Assembly (NCBI GenBank): GCA_038087875.1
Contig: JAXLNO010000230.1
Coordinates: 62,001-126,000, forward strand
Length of the DNA: 64,000 nt
Direction of reading: 5' to 3'
Source of the DNA: Malacoraja senta
Lineage: Eukaryota
Both the position numbers and the translations under genes were made by a program. Of the stretch, positions 38,082 to 51,020 are shown piece by piece. The first letter of the stretch is position 1, and the number at the start of each line of letters is the position of its first letter. A model generated the notes under the pieces. It saw only the letters and a list, made by a program, of their open reading frames with translations, had not been told where the DNA came from and made no database searches.

Positions 38082-39654
38082 CTGACTCCTGAAGAGTGTT
38101 TCTGATCTGTCGGACGGGTGTTTTTTCTTTATTTTAGAGAGAATTCTTCTGTCATCAGCTGTGGAGGTCTTCCTTGGCCTGCCAGTCTCTTTGCGATTAG
38201 TAAGCTCACCAGTGCTCTCTTTCTTCTTAATGATGTTCCAAACAGTTGATTTTGGTAAGGCTAAGATTTGGCTAATGTCTCCAACAGTTTTATTCTTGTT
38301 TCTCGGTCTCATAATGGCTTATTTGACTTTCATTGGCAGAACTTTGGTCTTCATGTTGATAAACAGCAATAAAAGTTTCCAAAGGTGATGAAAAAACTGG
38401 AGGAAAGACTAGGTGCTGAGAGCTCTCATACCTGCATTAAGGAGGCAATTAAACACACCTGAGCAATTACAAACGCCTGTGAAGCCATGTGTGTCAAACA
38501 TTATGGTGCCCTGAAATGGGGGGGACTATATATAAAAACAGCTGTCATTTCTACATGGTGAAACCAAAATGTATAAAAATACCCTTTAATAAAATCTGAC
38601 AATGTGCACTTTAGCCACGTTTGATTTTTTTAAATTACAAGTCTTCGTCCCAAACATTATGGAGGGCACTCTATGCTAATAACTCTTACTGTATTGGTGT
38701 TAGTTTACATTTTCTGAAAGTGTAGGACAAATAACTACATTTATTGAAATGTGATTGAACTACTTGATTTTCATCAGATTAAATGAAGGGTTGAGAATGA
38801 GGAAAAGGTATAAATTTATTTGCGAAATGGGGAAAAAGTATAAACATGTTTTCGATGTTTTCATGTGGTACAAATTTTGTCAAATGTAGTATCAGTAACT
38901 GTGCTCCTTTTTCATAAATAAAGAGCCGGCTTGTTCATTACGTCTTACATAGAAACATAGAAAATAGGTGCAGGAGTAGGCCATTCGGCCCTTCGAGCCA
39001 TTCAATATGATCATGGCTGATCAACACTTTATAAGTGTTGGTGTGAATAATTGACTAAAGAAATTACAAGAAAACATTCAGCAGTTAACGTTCCCTTATC
39101 TGGAACAGCAAACGTCCTCCAGCATTGATATTAAATTTTCTGCTTTGAACCTTGGTGATCTTGTCTTCACTTACTATGTTCCAGGTATTACTTCTGTTGT
39201 AATTGTGATTAGTCTTTATCTCAGAGGGTGACATTTCATTACTTCTGATTTAATTTTGAGCTATCGGGACAGCTTGAATGCTTTAGACACTTGCATGTCT
39301 TTATGGTGGACTGATGTAATCAGTTATTTTGCCTAACTTGTTTTATTCAGTACTCATCAATTTGGCTCTTTGCCAGGTTTTGGACAGAAAAGCTGTTCTG
39401 AAATAATTTCTCTCATATTTTAAACCCTTAATCCCTCACTTTCTGTCCCACTGCCCTACAATCTTCTGAAATCTTTGCGCTCCAATTCTGGCCCCATCTC
39501 ATCCATCGTGTTTCTTTCTTCTATCCTTGATGGGAGTACGTCGAGCTGCCTTGCTTTTGTTTCTTTCCTTAAACTCTTTGTCCCCCTCTCATCCTGTGAG
39601 ATGCTTGTTAATATTTTCATTTTGACAAAGATCAGGAGTCAAAAATCAAGACAT

Positions 39655-41215
39655 TAACCAAGTTAATTTCTGGGATGAGAGGATTGATTACCCTTTCAAG
39701 AGAAGGAAGACAGGTTGGGTCTGAATTTAGAAGAACCGAGGCGTAACCTTGTGCAAACATCCCAAGGTAATCTGAGAGAGAAAATGTTTACATTTAAACC
39801 CTTATCAGAAAGGCTTAATAACGACTATGAGTTGATTTTGAAATTACAAATAGATACATTTGATAAAACCAAGAATGACTGGGAAAGAGAACTCCAAATT
39901 TCTCTATAGAGAAATGGGAGAGGATTCTTCAATTAGTTAATACTTCCTCAATGTGTGCAAGACACGCTTTGATACAATTCAAGGTGGTTCACAGAGCTCG
40001 TATGTCAAAAGATAAGTTAGCTCGTTTTTATGGTCATATATATCCTACCAGATGTAATTCTGAAGTGGTCTCATCGACTCGTATGTTTTGGTCCTGCCCA
40101 CTTTTGGACAAAATACTGGAAATACATTTTTGATACTATTTCTGTAGTTTTAGGTATTGGTTTACAACCTCATTCTATTACTGCAATTTTTGGGCTACCA
40201 ATGTTAGATTCTATTCATCTGTCCCATTCCGCCCATCGGCTGATTGCTTTTACCACATTAATTGCCAGAAGATCTATTTTATTTAAATGGAAAGACTCTA
40301 ATCCTCCGACCACACTCTGAAACAATATCATGTTTAAATTTAGAATTTAAATTTAGAAAAAATTAGGAGTGACATTGTTGAACTCTTGGTTAAATTTGAT
40401 AGGACTTGGGGAAGATTTATTCAACATTTTCATACGACATAAATTGTCCCCTCTCCAACTGTTATAATAATTATTTTACCTTTATACGGTGGAACGGACT
40501 TGACGACAAACAGGGACATAAATTGTTGAAATTCTTTGCAGCCCAGATTCTGTTTTTTTTTTTTTCCTAGTTTAGGGGGGTTTGTTTTTTCCTTTTTTCT
40601 CTTTTTTCCCTTTTTTTTCATTTTATCTTTTTGTTTTTATATATGTATAAGCTCTCTTTTAAACACTTAACTGTATTTACATAGAGACCGGAGAGGTCTA
40701 TATTCAATGTGTATTTTGACACTGGACTCATATTAGGTTATACCTGTTATTAATGTAATCCTAATCCCTATGTATCAATATCATTGTTATGTTTATCATT
40801 ATTTTTTTGTTTTGTTTTTGTTTTTGAAAAAAACAAATAAAAAGATTTTAAAAGAAAGAAATAAAGAGAAAATGTTGGGGTATTTTCGCAGGTGGGAGAG
40901 TCACAAACAAGGGGACATACAAAAAAGGGACAAGGTAATTGAAAATTGAGATGCATCAACATTTCTGCTCTTAGAGGATGCTGAACCTCTGCAATTCTGT
41001 CTGATGGTGGTGGAGGCTAGATCATTAAATATATGTAGGTGACAATGGATATATTTAATATGGGGATAGATATTTATTTGAGATATTGAGGAATTGAGAG
41101 TTATGAGGAATTGGCACATAAGGCGAGTTGAGGCCAGCATAGATCAGCCGTGATCATATTGGATGGTGGGGCAGGTTTGAAGGGGCTGGTAGCTCACTCC
41201 TTGTTTGTTCTTGTG
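39655..41215 (+). mobile_element. Old CR1 fragment split by an L1 insertion
   Basis: CR1 3'-region motifs on both sides of the L1. Confidence 0.6.
39789..40864 (+). mobile_element. L1-clade LINE 3' fragment (second family)
   Basis: LIQFKVVHRA, MFWSCP, ARRSILFKWK; AATAAA and A-rich tail; 12-bp TSD AGAGAAAATGTT (39777-39788 / 40865-40876). Confidence 0.88.
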
Positions 41216-41539
41216 CAACATAACTTAGCCACATAGCTGAGTGAGAACAAGCTCCACATAAGAACCTCTTCTGGCATTTAAAAACAATCAAACTGAAATC
41301 AGTGTTAAAATTATTATTTAAAAAATCTAAAATGTAAAAAAAACACTTAAGTAACTAAAAAAGTATTACTACCAACCAAGTATTTATCAATGTAATATTC
41401 CTACTACTTTACAGCTATGAAATCACCATTCAAATGTACAATTAGTGAAACGGAATATTTATGGGAGTCCCACACTCACACAATAGTGATAGTTCCACGT
41501 GGTACTGCTAACAAAACCAGCTACACTTTTAGGTGGTAT

Positions 41540-42455
41540 CCCATATCGCCTGCAGTCCGTCTTTTTTCTTTTTTTTGTTGTTGTTTTCTTTTGTCCTGTT
41601 TTAGTTAATTTTAGTTTATTGGGTTGTATATGTGTGGTGGGGGGGTGGGAGAAACATGTTTTTGGTCTCTTCCTTCGGGGGGATTCGACTTTTTCTTGTT
41701 GTATCCCCCATCTCCGTCTCTGCGCTGAGGCCTAATGGCGGAGCTGGCGGCCTCCAACTGGGACCGACCTCGGGCTCTGGAGGCAGAGCCAGCCAGGACT
41801 TACCAGCGCGAGGCTGGCCGACTTCGGGGCTGTGGTGGCATTCCGGCGGCGGCGACCCGACTTTGGGGCTGTGGCGGCGTTCCGGCGGCGGCGGCCCAAC
41901 TTTGGGGCTGTGGCCGCGTTCCGGCAGCGGCGACCCGACTTCGGGGCTGTGGCTGCGTTCCGGCGGCGGCGACCCGACTTCGGAGCCTCGGAGGCTCGGC
42001 CACGGGTCCAGTGGACGACATCGTTGGGAGTCCGCAGGTCACGGGTTGGTGACCTGTTTTTCCGGGGCTCCCGCAACGGCAGTTTCGTCCGCTGGACTGG
42101 AGGGCGGCAGCTTCGGCAGCTTCGACCGCCCCGGGCCGCGGAGTTTGAACCGGCCCGTTCGCGGGGCTCGGATTCAGCCGCGGGACTGACTTACTTACCA
42201 TCACCCGGCGGGGTCACAACATCGGAAGCCTGGATCGCCTCAGCGCAGAGGGAGAACAAGGAGGGAAGAGGCAAGGACTTAAGAGTTTTTGCCTTCCATC
42301 ACAGTGAGGAGGTGCCTGGTGGACTCACTGTGGTGGATGTTAAATCTGTGTTTATTGTGTGTTTTTGTTATTTTGTTCCATGTTATGACTGCAAGGTATG
42401 AAATTTCGTTCAGACCAAAAGGTCTGAATGACAATAAAGGATACTTGATACTTGA
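41540..42455 (+). mobile_element. GC-rich non-autonomous retroelement with 39-bp tandem repeats and a Rex1/Babar-like tail
   Basis: 4+ units of CGACTTCGGGGCTGTGG..TTCCGGCGGCGGCGACC (41819-41982); tail GAATTTC-like..TGACAATAAA-(GATACTT)n; 3' end shared with 24799-24960. Confidence 0.7.
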
Positions 42456-42818
42456 CATAAAAGCTCCTGGTTTAGCAATGTATTCAACATAAATTATAAC
42501 CATGCAGAAATGGGAAATTAATGTCAGGAAGTGTTTGCTAAATCCAGCATGATGCTGACTGATGAGTGACAAGCCTCTTTATAGCCATGTTTGCAAATAA
42601 TTGAAATTGTGAATATATGAAAGGTGGATTTGCACCACTGTTCTTTATTGCTGAATTTATTATTAAATGGATGTTTGAAAATATTGAAATATGTTTGTTG
42701 TGTCCTTGGATTATATGATTTAATTGTACCCAAGGAAGTCTTCAGATTGTGTGAAGCTACAGATCAGAAGTCCTGTCTTGGTGCTGGTTGCATTCATATT
42801 ACTTGCTGTCATTTTCAG

Positions 42819-42868
42819 GTATGCAGTGCCTCCAGAGCACGGGAAAAGGCTGGAACGTCTTGCACAAG
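42819..42868 (+). CDS. KDM4C: KDM4C exon, 50 nt (JmjC)
   Basis: ttttcag|G TAT...CAA G|gtaata; YAVPPEHGKRLERLAQ(G). Confidence 0.95.
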
Positions 42869-43118
42869 GTAATACAATCTATAATTCTAACCTATCAAAT
42901 CTTTAACTGGAATGCGATCTTTTTCAGTCACTTTTTGAACAGAGCAGTACAGCGCAGGAACAGGCCCTTTGGCCCTCAATTTCTGTGCTGAATATGATGC
43001 CGTCTATTTCTACTGTCTGCATGTGATCCATATCACTCCATTCCCAGCATATCCTTGTTCCAATCTAAAAGCCTCTCAAACACCACTGTCGTATCTGCTT
43101 TCACCAGCCCCCCTCATA

Positions 43119-43487
43119 GGCCGACAGATGGCGCAACGGGCTAAGTGTTCGGCTGGCAACCGGAAGGTAGCCGGTTCGAATCCCGCTTGGAGTGCATACT
43201 GTCGTTGTGTCCTTGGGCAAGACACTTCACCCACCTTTGCCTGCGTGTGAATGTGTTTGAATGTGTGTGAATGTGTGTGAGTGATTGGTGGTGGTCGGAG
43301 GGGCCGTAGGCGCAAATTAGCAGCCACGCTTCCGTCAGTCTGCCCCAGGGCAGCTGTGGCTACAGAAGTAGCTTACCACCACCGAGTGTGACTGAGGAGT
43401 GAATGAATAATGCGATGTAAAGCGCCTTGAGTATTAGAAAGGCACTATATAAATATAATCCATTATTATTATTATTATTATTATTAT
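43119..43487 (+). mobile_element. tRNA-derived SINE with an L2-type tail
   Basis: A box TGGCGCAACGGG, B box GGTTCGAATCC, CORE-like TGTCCTTGGGCAAGACACTT, tail TGTAAAGCGCCTTGAG..(TTA)n. Confidence 0.88.
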
Positions 43488-43647
43488 AGTGCATTCCAGA
43501 CACCATGTGTAAAATGTGCCCATCACATCTCCTTTAAACTTACCCCTCTCACATAATAACTATGCCCTCTAGTTTTTGATATTTCAACCGTGGGAGTAGG
43601 GTTCTGGCTGTCTATCCTATCTCTGTTCCTTGTACTTTATTCTTTAA

Positions 43648-43905
43648 AGATACAGAATGGAAACAGGCCCTTTGGCCCTCCGAGTCTGCGCCGACCAGCG
43701 ATCACCCGTACACACACTAGGGGCAACTTTTACAACATACCGAAGCCAATTATCCAACAAACCTGTACGTCTTTGGAGTGTGGGAGGAAACTGGAGCACC
43801 CAGAGAAAACCCATGGTCACAGGGAGAACATACAGACAGCACTTGTCATCAGGATCAAACCCGGTTCTCTGGCGCTGTACTCTACCGTTTCACTACTGTG
43901 CCTGC
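43648..43905 (-). mobile_element. HE1-like V-SINE
   Basis: V-domain (GGGTGCTCCAGTTTCCTCCCACACTCCAAAGAC on minus) and CR1-type tail. Confidence 0.8.
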
Positions 43906-44064
43906 CCAAATGTAATTTTATAAACTTCCATCATGTCTCCCCTCAACCTCCGATGTTCCAGAGAGAACAATCCAAGTTTATCCAACTTCCACAAAGTTAA
44001 CACCCTCTGATCCAGACAAAATTGTGCCTCCACATCCTTCCTGTAATGAGGCAATCAGACACCT

Positions 44065-44790
44065 AATCCTCTGACATTTTCAACACCTCCTATGGGATCC
44101 CACTACTACCCACATCTTCCCATCTCCACCCCTTTCCACTTTCTGGCGAGACCGTTCCCTCCGTAACTATCTGGTCAACTTGTCCTTTCTCCCCCCCAAA
44201 CCATCCCCTCCCCAGGAACTTTCCCCTGCAACCTCAGGAGATGCAACACATGTCCCTATACCTCCCCCCTCGACTCCGTCCAAGGACCCCGACAGTCTTT
44301 TCAGGTGAGCAGAGGTTCACTTGCATCACCTCCAACCTCATCTACTGTATCCGCTATTCCAGATGTGGATTCTTGTATATCGGCAAGATCAAGCGCAGGC
44401 TCAGCGATCGTTTCGATGAACACCTCCGCTTAGTCTGCCTAAACTTACCTGATCTCCTGGTTGCTCAACACTTGAACTCTCCCTCCCATTCCCACACTGA
44501 CCTTTCCTCCTCCATTGTCAGAGGAGGCCCAGCGCAAATTGGAAGAACAGCACCTCATATTTTGCTTCGATAGCTTACACCCCAGTAGCCCTTGCTTTCC
44601 CTCTCTCTCTCCATTCCCTCCCCTTCCCAGTTCTCCGACCAGGGTACTGTCTCCAATTACATTTTATCTCTGTACCGCCCACTTCCCTGACATCAGTCTG
44701 AAGAACTGCCTCGACCCGAAACGTCACCCATTCCTTCTCTCCAGAAATGCTGCAAATCCCGCTGAGTTACCCCAGCATTTTGTGTCTAAT
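44065..44790 (+). mobile_element. Penelope-like 3' fragment (GIY-YIG)
   Basis: FTCITSNLIYCIRYSRCGFLYIGKIKRRLSDRFDEHL; terminal CTGAAGA..GAAACGTC. Confidence 0.88.
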
Positions 44791-46524
44791 GCTGTTAATG
44801 TTCTCACCATTAACTGGATAATTTCCCCTTTCATTCACACTTGCTCAGGTTAAACTCCATCTGCTATTTTTCAGCCCTAATCTTTAGCTGTTCCAAATCC
44901 CACTGTATCTTTTAACAGCCTTCCATACAGTTCACAACTCTACCTATTTTGGTGTTGACTGAAATCTTACAAACCAACCCAGACTCTCTGGCAGAATAAC
45001 ACCCTTCCACCACTAACTCAATCTTCTGTGGGCAAGTCTAATCCAAACTTCTGGATCAGCCTACAATGAGTGTATTTTATCAAATGCCTCACTAAAATTC
45101 ACGTTAACACCTTCGTCTCCTCAAAAAACGCAATTAAGTTAGTAACACATGATCTGCCACAGACACAGCCATGTTGACGGTCTCTCTTTATCCATTCACT
45201 TCCAAATGCGAGTAAATCCTATCCTAAAGGATCCTCCCCAAAAACCTCCCCACCACCCTATAATTTCCTGGATTATCTCTACTTCTCTAGATTATCTCTA
45301 CCTACCTTAAACAAAAGAATAATATTGGCTACTTTCCATTCATCCGGTGCCTCACCCTGGGCTAGAGATGATAGCAAGATCTTTGCCTAGGCCTCTCTCA
45401 ATAACTTGGGATAGATCCCATCAGGCTATTAATGCTTTTCAAGAGCCTCAACCCCCCCCTCCCCCCCCAACCTCTTTCTTGATCTCAAATTGCATTAGCA
45501 TATTAGTATACTCTGCACTGATCTCCCTATTCTCTATGTTCTTCTCGTTGGTGAATGCATATGCAAAGTACTCAGTACCTTACTTACTTCCTCTGACTCT
45601 AAGCATAAATTCCTTCATTTATTTTCTCTCTAGTTTACATTGATCTGTAACTGCATTTACTTCTACATACAACTGCACTTAATACTTTTGGAAACATTGT
45701 TGAATATACCATGAGGAGCAGTAATCTGATGCGTTTGAAATGAAAACAGAATGTTGGAAATAGAGGTCGGGCAGTGTACGTGGTGAGAGGAGCAGAGCGA
45801 ATGTTTCAGGTTGTAGATCTTTCATCAGCTCTGAAATGCTCATTTTATCTCTCTCCACAACTGCCACCTGATCTGCCAATTACTACCGGCATTTTTTGAT
45901 ATGTACATTTTAAGGTACCTTTCAAGACCTTGCATTGTCCTTTACTGGCAGTTAACATACATGAGATTAACACTGAAAGCCAATCTGAAGTGAGTAACTG
46001 TTTGGAGCAATCTGCTTTTAAACGTTTTCATCTGAAACGATGCATCAGTTACGTGCCACTACTTTAGCAGCATACACACTAGAAAACATTTAAAATAGCA
46101 GAAGGCCAATCAAACTGTCTGCTTGATAGTAAAATGTCTGATTTGAAATCTGTCTTTTGCTGGGATTAGCATAAATGATATAATAAAGTGAAATATTATT
46201 TGGCCTGCAAAAATAAATCCTCTTTCCATGGCTTCTTCTCAAACCTGCTCAATCTGGTAAATATCCTACCCACACTTGCTGCCAAGGCACAGACACCAGA
46301 GGCGGTACTAATGTGGTGCTGGATAGGAGATCATACTTGAGAGTGTTAACAAAAATTTACTTTAATGTTTAAAAAAAAAGAATGCAGCTAGTAATTTTAG
46401 GTGAAAATGTTAATAAATTACATCAATAAACATTCCCAAGGAAATTTCCATTGAAGGATTGATTGGTTTTTAAGTTATGTGGTGGTGCATATCTTTATTT
46501 GCCCAGTGAGACAGATTGACAAAT

Positions 46525-46814
46525 AGGGTGGCGCAGCTGGTCGAGCGGTCACAGCGCCAGAAACCTGGGTTTGATCGTGACCTCGTTTGCTGTCTGTGTG
46601 GCGTTTGCATGTTCTCCCTGTGACCGTGCGGGGTGGCTCCAGTTTCTTCCCACGTTCCAAAGATGTTCGGGTTTGTAGGTTAATTGGCCTCTAAATTGCC
46701 CCTGGTGTATAGGGATTGGATGCGAAAATGGGAAACCATTGACCTAGTGTGAACGGGTGATCGATAGTTGCTGTGTCACCGCCGGCCGGCATGTTTCCAT
46801 GCTGTATCTCTAAA
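46525..46814 (+). mobile_element. HE1-like V-SINE
   Basis: GGTGGCGCAG A box, GGTTTGATC B box, V-domain, CR1-type tail. Confidence 0.85.
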
Positions 46815-47803
46815 TTTTAACAACTCCAAAACTCTTATTTCTAATCCCTTCAGTGGGCCACTACCAAAGCCTGTTTAATAGATAGTCGTGTACATGGATG
46901 ACAATACCAAAATGAGTTAACAGCATAGCTTCTGGAAATTTATTTTCAAGCTAATTAAAATTCAGGCAATTCTGACTGGTGTATGTAGCTCATTGGCAGT
47001 TGAATTTTATTGAAGTTATTGTACAATTCTGTAAGTCATGGAGACTTTATGTATTTGATCCAAGCAATATCACATTGTGGATTTTAAAATATTCACTGCT
47101 TTAAAAAGTAAATTACAAGAATAAAAATGTATCAGTATTTAAATGGCAGATGAGCCTGTGGGATGGAACCCAGCTTTGCCAGGATTTGAAGGTTAACTAG
47201 CTTTCCTTTTGCCATGAAATACAGCTTGAACAGGAGAATTGTCTGCAACCATCAAGTCATTGCCAAAAAAAATCTCCCCTATTAAATCTTTTGTACATTT
47301 TTCTCTTTCTGCTCAAAGCTGCTTTATTTCTTCATCCCCGATGCCACCTAGATAACTAGATACCTCCCGAGGGTTATGATTCATGTTCTGTGTGTAATAC
47401 ATCTCTGGGATGGTAAGAGCAAGGGAAAACAAAGTGCTACATATTTGCTTTTAATATAAACTTTGTTTTCTTTTACTTTGTGTGGTCCGATGAACGGTAC
47501 GACTAAACTGGATGTAAAAGCAAATTTGTGAATTATGCCAGTTCAGCTGCTTTGTCTGATTCAGTATTACATAATGGAAAGCAGGTGTCTCATTACACAA
47601 TTTTTATCAACCAAACTACAATATTAAAATAGAAATATTTGCAACTATAAAAGGAGACATTATTTTGCTTTAGCATCAGCTCCATTTTGTTTCAGTTGTT
47701 AATGATTTTTGAAACCGGCCTTCAAGCTACCAGAAAGCCCTTTCTGTTGGCTATTTGTGAAGCTGCAAAGCATCATTTATTCCTTTCCCTCCACACATGC
47801 TGC

Positions 47804-48019
47804 CTGACCTGCTGAGTTCATCCAGCAGTTTGATTTTTGCTATAACTTGGCAGTGTTTTTTTAATTTGGTGTTGCTTGGAAGAACATATCCTCTCATCAC
47901 CTGACAACACAGAACATCTGTGATGAGAGATGCAAATTTGATATTTCAGTAACTAAATGCACTTCTGGTTCTTCACCTTTGTCAGAATGAATCTTTGGAA
48001 CAAATCTCTCAGCAGGACA
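47804..48019 (+). repeat. Host-sequence direct duplication, copy 1 (copy 2 at 52380-52601), flanking the Gypsy insertion
   Basis: Near-identical ~216-222-bp blocks that begin mid-way through a Penelope-terminus repeat. Confidence 0.92.
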
Positions 48020-48620
48020 TGTTCTACACCCGCTTGAACAAACTGATTTAAACTGCATCATAGACTCTCAGCCTCATACCCTAAAGTTTTATATCGTCAA
48101 GGGGGATTCTGAAACTCTGCTTGGTATCAATGCATGCCACGATCTACGCCTAGTATACTTTGGCCGCGCTGTCCATCAACTCTTTCTCGCTCAGCAAATA
48201 CTCTCTCAATACAGAGAACTATTTAACGGTGAGCTGGGGAAGCTGCCCCTCAAGTACAACATCGCCGTTGATCCCAACGTCACTCAAGTGGTTCGAGCAC
48301 CACATCATGTTACGCATGCCGTGTGTGACAGAGTACACACTGAACTCAAGCGGATGGTCTCCCTGGGTGTCATTGCTGAAGTTACTGACCCATCTGACTG
48401 GGTTTCCACCATGGTGGTTGCGACGAAAAAACAAGGAGGAAATCCATATCTGCATAAACCCTTGGATCTCAACACAGCTTTCAAACGCCCGCACTACGCT
48501 ATGCGAACGGTAGAGGAAGTTGCCGCTCAAATAGGCAACGCATCAGTGTTCTCTGTTCTGGATGACAAAAGTTCATTTTGCCAGATTCCGCTGGACCCAG
48601 ACTTGTCCAACTTTACTACA

Positions 48621-49591
48621 TGGAGGAGCCGCCATCTTGGAAGGCGGCTCCTCCATGTAGTAACAGCAGCCGTCCGTCAAATTCACTTTTTCTTTAGTTT
48701 TAGCTTTTTTTATTTCTTTGTTTGTTTGGGGAATTTTGACTTCTAATGTGGGGGGGTAAGGGGGAAACTATTTCTGGGTCCCTACCTGGTCGGTGAGGCA
48801 GCTTTTTCTCCAGGCTGCCTCGTCGACCCGTCCTCGTGGCCTACCAGCGGGCATGGAGCGCCGTTTTCCTGACGGGGACCGCCCAGCACCTTCAGCTTCG
48901 GTCGGCGGCACTGCGCTGGAGTGCTATCGTGGAGCGGAGCGGGAGATGCCTTGCCTGGGTCGCCGCGCTGGATCGACGCGCTGGAGCTCCGGTATGCGGT
49001 GACCGCCGACATCAACACCTCCGGGCTGCGGGACTGCGGAGCGAGCCGCCGCGGGCGGCGGCGCCGACGTTTACATCGGGAGCCTCATGGCTCCAAATCA
49101 GCGCGGCCCTGTCGGCTTCAGGTGCCATCGACTCCGCTGGGAAACCGGCCGTTCCAGCCGCTGCGAGGACTCTCCCGACGGCCGGGAACATCGGGCCTCC
49201 GTAGAGGCAACTGTGGCGGCCTCGATGGGCCTGACTCTGGGGAGAACTGGGGTTGGGGACTGGACATTGTGCCTTCCCCCACAGTGGTGGTCATTGTGGG
49301 GGGGATGATTTTTGTTTGCTGTGCCTGTTAGTCTGTGTGCAAGATGGCGGTCGGAGGGGAGAGTGGACGCTGGCGCGAATTGGCTGCCGCTGCTCTCCTC
49401 AAATTGTGTTTCTTATTTTCTGTTTGTGCTTTTGTACTTGAATTCTGTCCTTGATTTGTGTACTGTGGTGTTTTTATATTTAATTTACTCCGATTATGTG
49501 TTTTGTATTTTTGTGATTCTATGCCTTGTAAGGTGTCCTTGGGTTTTAGAAATGCGCCAGTAAATAAAATGAATTATTTTTATTATTATTA
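48621..49591 (+). mobile_element. GC-rich non-autonomous retroelement with an L2-type tail, inserted in the Gypsy RT
   Basis: Interrupts FTT|FGTPFGRY; 5' hairpin with GCCGCCATCTTG; tail TGTAAGGTGTCCTTGGG..AATAAA..(TTA)n. Confidence 0.75.
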
Positions 49592-51020
49592 TTCGGCACC
49601 CCCTTCGGCCGTTACAAATTCCTGAGAATGCCCTTTAGCATCAACTCTGCCAACGAGGTTTTCCAGCACACGATGGAACAACTGTTTGCGGGTATCCAAG
49701 CAACATTATTGTTGATGACATTCTCGTCCACGGGCGCGACTTGGCTGAGCATGACGCTGATCTGAAGAAAGTGCTGGACCGTGCCAAAGACATCCAGCTC
49801 AAACTCAATCCCCTGAAGTGCAAGTTTCGGGTCCCGGAAGTTACCCACGTCGGACATGTTTTCACAAGTGATGGTCTCTGACCAGACTCATCGAAGACCG
49901 CTGCTATCAACGAAATGCCAGCTCCTACTGACGTTACGACTACAAAGGTTCCTTGGAATGGTCAACTACCTGGGGAAATTTATTCCCAACCTCAGCAATA
50001 TATCTGCCCCCCTGCGGGAACTGACACACAAAGACACGGCATGATCCTGGTATACGCAGCACCAAAGAGCTTTTGATATCCTCAAGTTGCAGCTGGCCAG
50101 CGCACCTACCCTCGCCTATTTTGCTTTGGAGTTACCCATAACACTCACATGTGATGCGTCCCAGTAGGGCCTTGGTGCTGCTTGCCTGCAGACCACTGCT
50201 GATGGCGACTGCTAGCCTGTTTCATATGCCTCTCGCACACTAACTGATACTGAACAACGTTACGCCCAGATTGAAAAATAATTACTTTCCGTGGTTTTCG
50301 CCTGCACGAAATTCAAAGACTGTATTTTTGGGAAGTCTGTGATTATAGAAACAGACCACCAGCCGCTGGTCACCTCCTTGAATAAACCCATTCACGCTGC
50401 TCCGGCTCGTCTGCAACGGATGATGATGCAGCGTTTTGATTTCAACATTGTCTATAAAAAACCATGGACATGTACATAGCTGACACTCTATCAAGGGCCC
50501 CACGCAAAACCAGCGAACAACAACTCTCTGAACAGGACCAGCTCTCAGTAATGAAGGTATCATATGTTCCTACTGATTGCCTAAGCAGCCTGGCAGAGCA
50601 CACGGCTGCTGACGAGACTTTACAATTGCTGTCCGCAGTCATCCGGTGCGGCTGGCCGGATATACAACACAGCATCCCGCTCGCGATCCGCCCATACTTC
50701 CTGGTTCGCGACGAACTGGTGGTACAGGACGGGATTATAGCCAAGGGCCACAAGGCAGTTGTCCCAGCTATCCTCCGGGACAAGTACTTCAACGCTGTCC
50801 ACAGGGGCCGCCCCGACGTGGAGGCAATCTTACAACGGGCACAGAGCATGCTTAACTGGCCTGGCATGACCAAGTACATACGTGACAAAACTGAAGTCTG
50901 TGCCATCTGCAAAAGCCTGATGCCACATCAGCAGAAGCAGCCCTTACTGCCGCAACCGGTTCCTCCTCTACCGTGGTCCACAGTAGCCACCGACATATTC
51001 GAATGTCATGGGAAACACTA

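Larger units (their letters stand above)
33106..38671 (-). mobile_element. Tc1 transposon (IR/DR type), ~1.55 kb after removing two nested insertions; transposase pseudogene
   Basis: TA|CAGTGCCCTCCATAATGTTTGGGAC...GTCCCAAACATTATGGAGGGCACT(C)|TA; ~220-bp IRs with inner DRs; VLWTDETKI, LQQDNDPKH, QSPDLNPIE, GRPRKTS. Confidence 0.93.

Noticed and set aside
41632..42401. Repetitive Arg/Gly/Ala-rich ORFs
   Set aside because: They arise from a 39-bp GC-rich tandem repeat that is open in most frames.
43119..43190. tRNA gene
   Set aside because: A/B boxes are present but the sequence continues into a SINE body and L2 tail; there is no acceptor stem or terminator.
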